Source: Cyanophora paradoxa CCMP329 (taxonomy: Eukaryota; Plantae; Glaucophyta). From it: a DNA stretch of 64,000 nt. Both the position numbers and the translations under genes were made by a program. Below the pieces are notes generated by a model, which did not search any database, was not told the DNA's origin, and saw only the letters and a list, made by a program, of their open reading frames with translations. Within the stretch, counting starts at the first letter, position 1. Every line of letters starts with the position of its first letter. Of this stretch, positions 46,103 to 58,752 are shown piece by piece. Where the stretch lies: NCBI GenBank assembly GCA_004431415.1, contig QPMI01000113.1, positions 248,001 to 312,000 on the forward strand. The letters are read 5' to 3'.

Positions 46103-46565
46103 CAACGGACTGGTCGACCGCTGGGCCGGTGCTGGCGCCCCGAACTGGCGCTCTAAAGGGGAGGTCACGAACCGGATCGGGGATGTCGAAGTCGTCCGAC
46201 ATGCTCTAGACTTCGCCTACTAAACCTGCCTTCGCAGCCCGCGGGCGTTGATTAGCTTGCGGGAGAAGCAGAGCTAGAAAACTGAACTGGTACCGCCGCC
46301 TGTAGCTGCCGCTGATAACCGACAGACAAACCGCGAGCGCGTACCCCCGTCTGAGGAGTTCAAAGCCAGCTTTCTGCCGCCGGAGACAGCATAGAGGTGC
46401 GCCAGCTACAGGGCTAGCGCTGCGAGCTCCAATCCTCGGGCCGGCGCAGCGATCGGCCGATCTGAACCGGAGCTCTAGCACTCCGACACAATGCACATCC
46501 TCCCGATCTTGGGCGGGATCGCTGCGGCCGGCGTAGCGGTCGCCGTCCTGCGCGAGCTCGCGGCT

Positions 46566-48303
46566 ATGATGAAGCACAAGGTCGAGGAGGTCCGATCCCT
46601 GGTCGCCGTTGCGACCCCCAGCTTGCCTGAATAGTGCTCGCAGGGTGACTACGTACTAATTACGGGCAGCGGCTCTGGAATCGGGCTGGCCACCGCGAAG
46701 CACCTGGACAAGCGCGGGTTCCGCGGTTCGCGCTCGCCGCGGGCCTCAGCGCGCGCCTGCCGCAACGATTCACGTGCGAGCAGTTATCGCCACCGTCCGC
46801 AGGCCAGAGCAGGTCGAGGTGGTGCGCGAGCGCTAGCCCCCGCCGCTCGCACGCCGGCGTTGCAGACCCCCTCGCAGGTGCGGGCCGGGGCGAGCGAGCG
46901 CATGCGCGTGCTGGTGCTGGACGTGACGAGCGAGGAATCCATCGCGACATTCCTCGGCGTCCTCAAGACGATCGTCGGCGAGAACGGTGCGAGCGACGGG
47001 CGGCAGGGGCGAGCGCTCGGACGCCGCCTCTGCTGAAGCGCGCGCCCAGGCCTGAGCGGGGTCGTCCTCAACGCCGGCGCGCCCGATCCGTCCCGAGCCT
47101 CCTGCCCCGCCGCACTGACGGGGCTCAGGGGTCATGCTGGGCGGGCCGGCCGAGTTCATGTCTACGGAGCGCACGCGGCAAATCTTCGAGACGTGTGCCG
47201 GGCCCCGCCCCGCCCCGCCTTGGAGCGTTCGAAACCGCGCCGGAACGCAGGAACTTCTTCGGAGCCGTCCGCTGCGTGCGGGCCTTCCTCCCCCTGCTGC
47301 GCGAGAGGCGAGGGCACCCCTCCCCGGCCTCCAGGGGCCGGGGCGAGTGGGGGCCGGCAGGTGGTACCCGGGGCCGGCGGGGGGCAAGCGGACGAGGCGG
47401 CGGCGGGCGGGGCGCATCGTCTCCATCTCCTCCGTCGTGGGCGCCATGCCCTGCGCCCTCTACAGCGTAAACACCCCCCCCCCCTCCCCCGGGCGCGGTG
47501 CGTGACGGGCAGCGCAGTCGTACTGCGCGTCGAAGGGCGCCCTTGAGGCCTTCACCGACTCCCTCAGGCGCGCCCCCCGCCCCGCACCCGCCCCCCCCCC
47601 CCCCCCCCCCCCCCCCCCCCACTCCCGCGGCAGGCGGGAGCTGGCGCCGCAGGGCCTCTTCGCGTGCTGCGTGCGCCCGGGCACCACCCGCACCCGCCTC
47701 CTCCGCGACCTCCCCCTCGTGCGCCCCCCGCGCTCCAGCGTCCCGCGCGCTGGACTGGGGCGCTGAGGGCAGCGGGGGGCGGGCAGGACTACGCCGCCGC
47801 GCACACGGCAAAGGCGCTCGGCTCCGAGGCCCGCCGCGACGAGTACGAGCGACTCTACCGCTCCCAGGCCCGCCCCGCCCCGCCCCGCCCCGCCCCGCCC
47901 CGCTCCGCGAGGCGGCGGCATGCGAGAGAGGCGGGGCGGCGGGGGCGTGCAGGAGGTGAAGACGGGGAAGCAGCTCGCCGTGCTCTCCGCCCTCGCCGGG
48001 CCCCCCGAGGTCGCCCCGCCCCCCGCTCCCCGGCCCCTCCTACCCCAACACCCGCCGCCCCCCCAGCCCGTGGCCGCCGCGGTGGACCACGCGCTCACCT
48101 CCTGGGCCCCCCGCACCTACTACAACGTCGGCTGGCCCGCCCCCGCGCCCCCTGCTCGCCTCCGCCCCGCGCCGCCTCACGCGGGGCCCAGGGACACGCC
48201 GCTGATGGCGGCGCTCTCGGCGGCCTTCCCCGCGTGCCTCGTGGAGGCCGCCATGGGCGTCGCCCTCCCCTTCGTCCAGCCCCTCCTCTACTCCGCCCGC
48301 TAG
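46566..48303 (+). CDS. Short-chain dehydrogenase/reductase (17-beta-HSD/retinol dehydrogenase-like)
   Basis: VLITGSGSGIG, LDVT, VVLNAG, GRIVSISSV, catalytic YCASK (47521). Confidence 0.9.
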
Positions 48304-48551
48304 CCGCCCCTCTTTCAGTTCCGTGTCTGCCGGCCTCTGTGTCTGCCCCGTTTCCCTTGCAGCTCTACCTCTGTGTGTCTGTGTGTGCAGTGTGTACAGT
48401 ATCCGATGATGATCGATTGCGAAGTCTGACACGCACTGAGCCGTGGTGTCCTGTGTCCTGGCCCGCGCTGCCAGCCGCGCCCGCCGGGCCGGGCCGTGCG
48501 GGGTTCGCGCAGCAGGACGTGGCGGCCAGCCGGCGCGAGCGGGGCCCCTCC

Positions 48552-49690
48552 CTACAGCCCGAAGAAGCCGTCGACAGCGGGGTCGCCCCCCGCGCCGCTC
48601 TCCTCCGCCCCCTCCGCCTCGTCTGCCGCGTCGTACTGCGCCCCCGCGGCGTGAGAGGGGGCCGGCGGGGCGGGTGTGCGGGGGAGGGGCGCGGGGGCGC
48701 ACGAGGGAGGCGGGCCCGGCGCGGAGGTGGATCTGGCCGTGGCCCGTGGGCGAGGGCGCGTGCTCCGTCGGCAGCCGCTCGTCCGTCGGCTCCACCAGCC
48801 AAGGCCGCCCCTGCACCCCGCCGCCAGCCCGCCCCGTGAGGCGCGCCTGCGAGCCGGGCGGGCCCCCGTGCACGTTTTCATCGTCCCCCTCCCTCTTCTC
48901 CTCCCCCTCGTCCCCCTCCGCCCCCACCTCTTCCTCGTCCTCCGCGGGCGCCGGGGCCGCCTCGGGGGCCGGTGCGAGGGCCGGGGCCGGGGCCGGGGCC
49001 GGGGGAGGCGAGGGCTCGGGCCCCGACTGGTCGTAGTCACCGTGGCCCGCCGCATCCGCGGCGCCCGTCGGGTCCTGCCGGCCGGCCTCAGCCGCAGCCG
49101 CCTAGCCTGCAAGGGGGCGGGGGGCGGACGGGGTGGCTGATCTCCTCGAAGTTGATGTGCGTGGCGATCTCGTCGACGCCGGCCGACGCGTACCTCACGA
49201 ACTCCTTGAACCCCAGCCGCCCGTCCCGCGGCTGCAGCGCGTCCGCCTCCGTGAACGCGTGCTGCCGCCCGCTCTCAGCCGCCCCCCCGGCCCCGCGGCG
49301 GCGCTCGGCGATGGGCGGCCGCACGGAGGACATCTCGTCCACCAGCTTGCTCGTGATCCAGCGGTCTCCGGGGATCAGGTCCTTCCGGCTGTGCACCTCC
49401 GCCAGAACCTCCTGCCTGCAGGGCGCGCCCCGCCGTTCAGTCCCTTGAGTCCGGCCCGTGGCACCCCGCCCTAGCACAGGCTTGCACCATTGCTGCCAGG
49501 TGTAGTTTTCGGAAGCTTTCGGATAGAAGAGCTGCGGACGCGTGTTCGACACGTCGCGCCGGCACTGGCCCAGCAGTTGCAGGCAGCGGACCTTCACGAG
49601 GTCTTGCCGGAGCTTGTCGAGTTCCTCCCGCGTATGTGGGCCGCTGTAGCTCAGCGCGCTGTACGAGTAGGCGTCGGGCGAGCTCGTCAT
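48552..49690 (-). CDS. Spliced protein with a single EF-hand-like loop and acidic tail
   Basis: AFTEADALQPRDGRLGFKEFVRY; ATG at 49690, TAG at 48552. Confidence 0.55.
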
Positions 49691-49840
49691 AGCTAGTCCG
49701 ACGGGCTGAAGAAACGGCCGACGGTGAGCCGCTGGTGACACCGCGCAGCTCGCTTCGAAACGCACCTTCTCGCTAAGCTATCGATTTGTGGATGAAGAAG
49801 GCTAGTATGCGAGGCTTCGAATTCAACCCAGGCTTGCGAG

Positions 49841-52800
49841 ATGGATCAGCGGCAGCGCTCGTACCCCCCGCAAGTCGGTCCCGACGGTCCAGAGCGGCTG
49901 AGCGGCCCAGCCCCGTCTCGCCCACGCGTGCAAGATGGTTCTCGGCGTGTCAAACAACATAACCGCGACGAAGAGCTCGCCAACGCTCAGCGGGAAATCG
50001 CCGGACTCTCTTATGCAGGATCTTAAGCTGGGCGTGCGAACTCTGAGCCACTCGGACACAGGTCTGTGTACTAAATTTGGCCGTTGCCGGCTGCCTACCC
50101 GCCCTCGCGAACCGGCGGGCGTCCTTCGGCCGGTTCGAGCCGGCGGCCGCGGGAGCTGGTTCTTAGCTTGTTTAGACAAGCGACAAGCGATCCATTTAGC
50201 TTCGGAAACGGAAGGCCCGCAAGCTCAAGGGTGTAGCATTGGCGACAGGCGCCCGCAGCTTTTGGGCACCCGGCTGATCGTACGCGGGCGAGCAGGCGAA
50301 CCGCAAGTCATTAAAGCAGTTCCTCACATGGCGTGAGCTCGATCATTCCCTCGCTCCCTTGTTCTCGCGCACGTAACCTCGCTCTCAGCGAATGGTGCAA
50401 CGTCGAATGGCGGGACTCGGCGATGCCCGACGGCGTTCGAGGTGCGCGTTCTCGACGTGACTGAAGCTCTCCTCGACTTTGCTCAGCGCCTCGCCGCAGG
50501 CGCGAACTACCACCCGCTCGTCGTCGAGGTCCGGATCGAAATTTGGATCAATCGCGCCGCGCGCTAAACTCCCTCGTGCAGTCGGGAGAACTCGTTCAGG
50601 CAAAGATCGTGTTCACGTCCCTTCCGACGGGTGCGCCCGCCCGCCACGCGCGCGGCCGGGGGCCCGGGCGAGACGAGCGGCAGACCGGCCCGGGGGCAAG
50701 TTCTACTACCGGGCGGGCCCGCGGGGCCAGATCGCATTCGACCCGAAGAAGGTGAAGGCGTGCATCGCCACCTCCTCGCAGCTCTGCCCAGGTCCCGCCC
50801 CCGCCGCCCCCGCCCCCGCCGCCCCCGCCCCCGCGCCGCGGCGGGGCGCGCCGACGGCGTGGCAGGCCTGAACACGGTGATCCGGGAGCTCGTCTTCTGC
50901 CTGCACCAGAACTACGGCGTCGAGGAGGTCAACGGCATCCAGTTCGGGTGCCCCCGCACCCCCCGCTCCGCCGCCGCCGCCCCGCCGCCGCCCCTGAGGC
51001 GCAGCGGGCAGCTTCCAGGGCTTCTACGCGGCGCACCTGAAGCACAAGCGCCTCACACCCGACGACGTGCGCCGCTTGTCTGCTACCTTCTGTGCGCGCC
51101 CCGCCGGCGGCCGAGTGGCGGGCCTCGGGGGGGCAGGTCTCGGGGATCCACCACCAGGGGGGCACGGTGCTGGGCACGGGCTTCGGCGGCTTCGAGATCG
51201 AGGCGATCATCTCGTCGATCGTGGACCACGGGTACAACCACGTGTACCTCGTGGGGGGCGACGGCACGCACAAGGCCGTCCTCAAGCTCTACGAGGAGGT
51301 GCGCCCGGCGTGCCCTTGCCTCCCGCGCCACCCCCTCGCCCCGCCCCGCCGGCCCCCCCCTGGCGGGCGTCAGGCGGGGGCGGGGCAGGTGCGCAAGCGG
51401 AGGCTCGCGATCGCCGTCATCGGCATCCCCGCCTCGGTGCGCCCCCGCCAGACGCCCCCTCCAGCCCCCCGCCCCCCGCACCCCGCACCCCCACCCCCCC
51501 CCCCGTTCTTATCCCTCTCTCCCTCCCCCGTCGCCCCCCCGGCAGATCGACAACGACATCCCCTGTGCGTCGGCCTCCGCGGCACACGTGCCCCCCGTGG
51601 CTGAGGGAGGATCGCGGCAGTCATCGACCGCTCGTTCGGGTACAACACGTGCACGGAGGAGTGCATCCGCGCCATCCGCTCCGCTGCCGTCGAGGCCGAG
51701 TGCGCGCCCCCTCCCCGCCCCGCCCGCGGCCCGCTCACCGGCGTGCGGGCGGCAGGTCGTACGAGAACGGCGTCTCGATCGTGAAGCTGATGGGGCGCCA
51801 GACGGGCTTCATCTCCGTCTCCGCCACCGTGCGCGCCTCCCGCGCCGGGCCGCGGGGCCGGTGACGAGGGGCGGGGCGGCAGCTCGCGTCGCGCGACGTG
51901 AACATCTGCCTCATCCCCGAGGTCCGCTTCCGCCCCGAGCTCGTGTACGCCCCCGCCCCCGGCCCCCGGCCCCCGGCCCCCCGCGCGGCTGAGTGCCCCC
52001 GCAGGGCCATCCACGTGTGCGTGCCGACGCGCGGCAGGCGGGGGTGCACCGGGGCGCGGCCGGGGCCCGACGGGGCGGGGGCGCGCAGGGAGCGCAAGCT
52101 GCGGGAGCTCGGGCGCTGCGTGATCGTGGTGGCGGAGGGGGCGGGGGCGGACCTGCTGCTGCAGGCGCACAACCCGGAGTCGAGCGTGCACAGCGGCGGC
52201 CCCTCGGCCCTCGTCTCCGAGTGCCCCCGCCCCCGCCGCCCGCTGCCGCCGCGCCGCCGCTGAGGGCCGGGGGCAGCTCGGAGACGGGGGTGCAGTCGTG
52301 GCGGACGGACATCGGCCTCTTCCTCCTCGAGCAGCTGCACAGGCGCGCCCCGGGGCCCCCGCGCGGCCCCCGTGGGGGCCTCGAGCGCCCCCGCAGGCAC
52401 TTCCGCTCCACCAAGATGAAGGCCGTCATCAAGTACATCGACGTCCGCCCCGCCCCGCCCCCGCCCCCGCGCCCCGCACCCCGCCCCAACCCCCTCGCGC
52501 GCCCCGCAGCCGACGTACATGGTGCGGACGATCCCGCCGAATGCCGCCGACTCGGTGATGTGCACCGTCCTCGCGCACAACGCGGTGCGCCCCGCCGGCC
52601 CCTCCGCCGGCGCATGCCCCGAGGCGGGGGCGGGCAGGTGCACGGGGCGATGCACGGCTTCTCGGGGCTCTGCTCAGGTGCGATGTCCCCCAGCTGCCAC
52701 TGCGATATACCCCAGCTGAGCTCTCCGTGAACGAAACAGCCCTCATGAACGACAAGGGAGTGCGCTCCGGCCGGCGCCCCGCCGGCGCCCCGCCCGTCGC

Positions 52801-53016
52801 CGGCTGAGGTCTCCACGCCCCGCAGGTCTACATCCCCGTGACGGAGGTTGCCAACGCGCCCGTGCCGCGCGTCGACCCGGTGCGCCCCCGGCCCGCAGGC
52901 CCGGGGCCGGCGGGGCGGGCGAGGCAGGGCGGGCGGCCTCTGACGCCCCCGCGCGGCAGGCGGGGCGCTTCTGGGGCCGAGTGCTCGCCACGACGGGGCA
53001 GCCCGACTTCGAGTGA
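49841..53016 (+). CDS. pfk: 6-phosphofructokinase, plant/protist ATP-PFK-like, with atypical active-site residues
   Basis: YRAGPRGQIAFDP, LCPGLNTVIRELV, GGTVLGT, GGDGT, IDNDI, VKLMGRQTGFI, CLIPE, VVAEGAG, KYIDPTYMVR, TGQPDF*. Confidence 0.9.
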
Positions 53017-53770
53017 GGCGCCTGGGCCCCCCCGCCGCTCCTCGCTCCGTGCCGCACCCGCTGCGCAGCCTGGCTGCCTTTCTCCGAACCCGCCACTCTT
53101 TCCGCGCCCCATCCTCACACCCGAATCCTACTAGGCTACTATAGCTAGGCTGGTCAACCAAAGGCTTGTTGGATGCCTTCTTGCCAAGCCTCAGGGCCTT
53201 CAAGTTGCGCTGATCGTATCTCTCGGCCCGGGACCCGGGCCGGGGGCCGGGGCCCCCTCGACCTCAGCGGCCCGGGGGCCTGAGACTGTCCATGGCATCG
53301 GATTTGTGTATTCAGCTTTTTCATCCAAGTCACTGAGTTTGCTACTAGGCTAAGCCACTAAAAAACCAACCAATGAATTTCGCTTGACTCGTGACCAAAT
53401 TTCTGACTCCTCTGGTCTCACAAGCTACGTATACAGGCCACAGGCCGCAGCCCAAGACTAACATGCACGTCAATGCAGATTCTGAAATCTCAGTGGCTGC
53501 ACTAGTAGTATCTGCAGAAACAATTTGATATGACTATCGGACACCTATCATACTCACAATCCATTAATTAAGCCTGCACAGAACAGATCAAGAAAAGAAG
53601 TTGTTGAGCCTACCCCGCTACCCATATATAAAGGAAGCAAGGAAAGCGCGGCCCTGAAGGCCGCAGAGCAAAACACTGACAAACGACATCACGCGAAACG
53701 CCAGCCGAGGGGGGTGGGGGTGGGGGTGGGGGAGGGGGGGGTGGGACAGCCACTTATGGCGGCGGGGGGG

Positions 53771-56700
53771 CTAGGGTCGGATGTCGATGACGATGGCGGA
53801 GGGGTGCGGGGGCCCCTGTCCCTCCTTGGCGGGCCCCGCCTCCTCGCTCGACTCGGACGCCGAGGCGAAGAGGCCCAGGTCGCTCGCCACCGGCACCGGC
53901 ACCGCCACCGCCACCGGCACGCCCGGCGCCTGCACCGCCGCCGGCTCCACGATCACGGGGCCGGCCGGGAGCAGTGGGGGGATCGGGGGGCCCGAGGGGA
54001 CGGCGTTGAGTGGCGGGGTGGGGAGGATCGGGGGCAGCATGCGGACGCCCGAGGCCGGGTTGGCGATGGGGGAGGCGGGGACGGCGAGCACGCGGAACGA
54101 CTTGTTCTTCGAGCGGCCCCAGCTCCCCGCCCCGCCCCCGCCCATCGGCGTGTCGGCGCCGCCCGGGGCGCCCCGCGGGCTGCTCGAGGCGGCCGCGGGG
54201 CCGCCGGGGGCCGGCGAGGGCCCCGCCGCGACCACGCCGGCGGCGAGGCTGAGGCTCGAGAGCGCCCCCGGGAGCGTCCCGTCGTCCGTCCGGTCCGCCC
54301 TGCGCCCCGCACCGTCTGCGCCCGGCCCGCCGCGAGGGGGGGAGGGGGGGCGCCGGGGCACCAGAAGTCGCGGTTGGAGGTGGCGGCGTCGAGCACCGTC
54401 CTCCCCGTCGGGAAGACGGTCACCTGCGGGGGCGGGGGCGTGGGCAGGGCGCGTGGGCGGGGCGCGGGGCGCGGGGCGCGGGAGCGCGGGCCCAAGCGGG
54501 GCGCACCCAGGCGGTGTACATGGGGATGCAGATAAAATTGAGGAAGCCGAGCTGCGCGCCCGCTCGCGCCCGGGGGGCGGGGGCGGGGCAGGGGCGCGGG
54601 GGCGGGGCGGGGGCGGACCTGGCAGCGGGCGACCTGCGGGGTGTGGCGGTCGGACCAGGCGGAGATGGCGAGCCCGCGCTCCCGCTCCGCGTCCCCCTGG
54701 TTGAAGAACTCTGCCCGCGCCCCGCCCCGGCTCGGCCCCCGGCGCTCGCTGGCTCGCTGGGTGGCGAGGGCGGGGCGGGGGCGGACCGTGCATGACGCGG
54801 GCGACCCAGGCGAAGTGGACGTCGCGGGCCTTGGCGCCGTTGCCCACGTCCGCGCACTTGAGGGCCAGCTGGAGGGCCAGCAGCCGGTCCTCCCCCGTCG
54901 CCCCGAAGTTCGGGTCCTTGGCCCGCGTCTTGAAGTTGCCGAGCAGCTCGAAGTGGAGCGCGAGGTCCGTCCCGAGGACCATGGCGATCATGACGCGGCG
55001 CAGCTCGCGGCGCTCCTCGGGCGCGAGGGCCGCCAGGAAGTCGTTCTGCGGGTCCCGCAGCAGCTGGAACTGTTCCCCCCGCCCGCCCCGTGAGCCGTGC
55101 GGGGCGCCGGGGCGGGGCGGGGCGGGGCGGACGGCGCGGGAGACGTGGTAGTTCTCGAGGGGGCTCTTGTCGTTGTACACCACCGCCCGCTCCGTCCCAA
55201 CCGCCACCTGCGGCGAGGCGGCGCCTCAGCGCCGGCGGCGGCGGGGGCCGGGGCGGGCGGGGGCCGGGGGCGCCTCGAAGGCGTTGGTGAAGCCGGCGTG
55301 GCCGAGGTCGTGGACGACGGCGGCGAGGAGGCCGGCCAGGAGCTCCACGTCCCGCAGGCACGACCTGCCCCCCCGCCCCCGTCGCCCCCCGCCGCCCCGG
55401 GGGCGGGGGCGGGGGCGGCGGACCCGAGGCCGGCGGCGAGGAGGGAGGAGAAGGACTGGACGACGTCCGCCGCGTGCAGCGCGCAGTGGTACGGCGTCTG
55501 CGCCCCGCCCCGCCCCCGCCGGGTGAGCGGGGCGGGGCGGGGCGGGGGCCGGGCCGGGGCGGGGCTGGGGACCTCTGTGTAGAGCTGCTCGACGGCGTCG
55601 AGGAAGCGCACGAGGCGCGCCACGTCCAGCTGCCCCCGCCCCCGCCCCCTCAGCCCCGCCCCCCCGGCGCGCCCACGGGGCGGGCACCTGGAAGCGCTCG
55701 ACCAGGCCCCAGCGGCGGAGGATGGCGTAGGCGACGTGCGCGAGGGTCCGCCGCGGCGCCGCCCGCCCCACGCGGAAGACGTCCCACTGGCCCCGCCCCG
55801 CCCCTCGGCCCCGCCCTCGCGCCCGAGCTCGCCCCGGGGGCCCCGCACCTGCAGCCAGTCGTCGAGGTGCTCCAGCAGCGCGACGCGCAGCTCCGCCTGC
55901 CGCCCCTCCCCGTCAGGCGCGCGGGGCTACCGCCCGGCCGGCAGCGGGCAGCAGCCTCTCACCTCCTCGCCGGGCGCGAGCGAGGGCCCGAGGGAGGGGG
56001 CCGGGATGAGGGAGACGCGGCGGGCGGCGACGGTGCCCGAGGAGCGGCGGCGGAGGGCGTGGCGGGGGGCGCCGAGGGTCGCCCCGAGGGAGGCCGGGGG
56101 CAGGAGGGCGGCGTGCGGGGGCGGGGGCGGGGCGGCAGAGGAGAGCCCCCTGTAGGACTGCTGGAGGGAGATGGAGTGGACGCTCGTGTGCTGCACCATC
56201 GACGCCGGCTTGGAGGGCGCCGGGCTGAGGGTGCGGGGCGGGTGCGGGGAGACGGGCGGGGAGGCAGAGGGGGCGCGAGGCGAGCGGGAGGCCTCGGCGA
56301 GGAGGGGGCCGGGGCGGGAGGCGGCGCGCTCCGTCTCGCCCTCCTCGCGCAGCGTGCGCAGCGTGTGGGGCGAGGTCGCCTCCCAGCTCGAGGGCCCCGC
56401 CCCGTCCCCCTCGCCCCCCGCCGCCGGCGGCAGCACGACCCGCTCCATGGGCCGCGCCGAGCCGGCGAAGCCCTGGCCGTGGCCCGAGCGCGCGGGGCTC
56501 GGCCCCGTGAAGGGCGCCACGAGCGTCGGCGGCGTGCGCCCCTGGAGGCTCGCGCTCGCCCCGCCCTCGCCCTCGCTGCGCTCCCCGGCGCCCCCGCCCG
56601 GGCTCGTCGGCGCCGTCCCGGGCTCCTCCGGCCCCGGGACGATGAACGAGGCGATGGGGGAGGGCATCGCCGAGTGGTTCCGCGAGCCGCCCTGCCCCTG

Positions 56701-58752
56701 GCCGTGGCCCTGCTGGAGGGAGTGGCGGCGGAAGGGGAGGCGCGCGGCGCTGCCGCGGCGGCTCGCGGGGACGAGGCGGCGCGGGAGGAGGGGCCGTGCC
56801 AGAGGGCCCCGAGCCCGAGCCGGCGCCCCGGCCTGGCCCTCCCCGGCGAGCGCCCCACCCCGCGCGCCCCGCCGGGCGCCCCTCCCGCCCTCCCCGTCGC
56901 TTCCCGCCCCCTCCGACCCCTCCGACTCCGACACGCGCCGCCCCGGCACGATCTGCCCGCCCCGCCGGCCCCGTCAGCGGCCGCCCCTCTCGCCGCCGCG
57001 CTGGCGTCGCGCTGTGGGGGCGGGCGGGCCTCGCCGAGGAGCCACTGGCGGGTGGCGTCGTCCATGCCGTGGCTGTTCGCGTGCCCCAGCGCCTCGAGGT
57101 CCGGCAGCTCCTGCCGCCGCCCCGCTCGACCGCGGCCCCGGCGGCGGGGCGAGCGGGCGGCGCACGAGCTGGCGGGCGCGGTTGGCGAGGAGGTGCAGCA
57201 CGGAGCGGAGGCGGGCCGCCTCGGCGGGCGGTAGTCTGCGCCGGCGTGAGGCGGGGCGCGGGGCGCGGGGCGGGGCGGGGCGGGCCGGCGAGCTCGCGGG
57301 CGAGGTCGTCGATCTCCTCGAGGGCGCGCTCCATGGGCGAGGCGAGCATCCCCGGCACCAGCCGCTTCCACATCCGCGACGCGCTCCGCCCGATCACGCC
57401 CCGCCGCGTCAGCAGCCCGCCCCGCCGAACCCCAGTAGCACGCTCGCCCGCGGGGCTGCGCCCGGCGCCCGGCGCGCGGCCGCCGCTCAGCCGCGCGCGG
57501 GCGCGCTCGAGTCGGGGCTCGCCGCACCGGCCTCGGGTTGCCGGACTCCTGGAAGCGCGCCGCGAGGCTGCGCGCCGCCGCCAGGCCCCGCGCCGTCACT
57601 GCGCCCCCGCCGCCGTCGGCCTCGGGCCCGGGTCGGGGGCCGGGGAGAGGGCGCTGTCCGATGGGGCCGCCTCGGGGGCCTCGGGCTGGGGCGCGATCCA
57701 GCGGCCGGCGAGGCCCTCCTCGACCATGAAGGCGTGCCGGGCGCGCGCCTCGGCCTCGAAGGCGTGGTGGAGCGTCCCCGCGAGGCCGGCCCAGGCGAGG
57801 AGCACGGAGAGGGCGGCCGGGGGGTCCGCGGCGCGCAGCTCGGGGGCGGCCGCGTAGGCGACGGTGAAGGCGAGCACGGAGAGGCCCGAGAGGGCCCCGC
57901 ACACGAAGAAGCGGCACCGCAGGCCCGACGCGGCGAGGGGGCCCAGCAGCGCCAGCGCCGCCGGCACCGCCCCCGCGTTCACGAACGCCCCGCAGAAGAT
58001 GTCTGCCGCGAGGCCTCAGCATCAGGGCGGGGGCCGCGCGGGGCCCCGGCCGGCCGGCGGGCGCGCGCACAGAGGGTCCAGGCGTGGAGGACGGCGGCGA
58101 GGGCGGCGGCGAAGGCGTGCTGGTGGGCGCGGAGGCGGCGCGAGGTGCCGGCGCGCCAGGCGAGCGCGGCGAGGGCCGTGCAGAGCAGAGCGGCGGCGCC
58201 AGACGAGGCGGTCGCCCCGGCCCGCGCCCGCTCCGTGACGCCCTCCGCCCCCCACGCCGACGCCACGAAGAACTGGCCGCCCGAGGCGTCAGCGGCTGGG
58301 CGCAACGGCCGGGGAGGGGACGGCCGGGGGCGCACGGCGGCGGCGAGCCAGGCGGCGGCGGCGGTGAGGGCGGAGGCGAGGGCGACGCGCGGGGCCGACT
58401 TGGCGCGGTGCGACTGCCAGAAGAGGGCCTCCACGTCGTGCAGGCCCGTCACCACCGACGACCACTCCCGCGACACCTGCTTCTGCACCCTCACCCGGCC
58501 CCTCGACGCCCGCCGGGTGCGCCGGCCCGACGTCCCGCTCTCGGATCGCGGCAGCGCGCGGCTCGCCATCCCGTCTCCCCCGAGCTCTTTCTTGAGCTCC
58601 TCGGGGTCGGCCGCGACGCCGGGGAGCGGCAGTGGGAGCATCGGGAGCCGCCTTGAGTTTCCCTTTCCTGAATCTGCTAGGTGGGGTGGCGTTAGAGGCT
58701 AGCGGGAGGAGGAAGCTCGCGCGCGCAGCGCGCCTTGAAACTCTCCATCCAT
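53771..58752 (-). CDS. Class I cyclic nucleotide phosphodiesterase with N-terminal multi-TM region and long low-complexity linker
   Basis: PYHCALHAADV, AAVVHDLGHAGFTN, YNDKSPLENYH, LGTDLALHF, LKCADVGN, EFFNQGDAER, QLGFLNFI; hydrophobic exons 57700-58400; start uncertain. Confidence 0.88.

Noticed and set aside
55959-58702. Long Arg/Pro/Gly/Ala-rich ORFs (e.g. 843 aa at 56171, 759 aa at 19744, 666 aa at 20710) as real proteins
   Set aside because: Stop-poor artefacts of very high GC reading through introns or antisense to spliced genes.
1327-58752. Functional Ca2+/cyclic-nucleotide signalling gene cluster
   Set aside because: PMCA, PDE and EF-hand genes belong to large families and are interspersed with unrelated genes; there is no evidence of non-random clustering.
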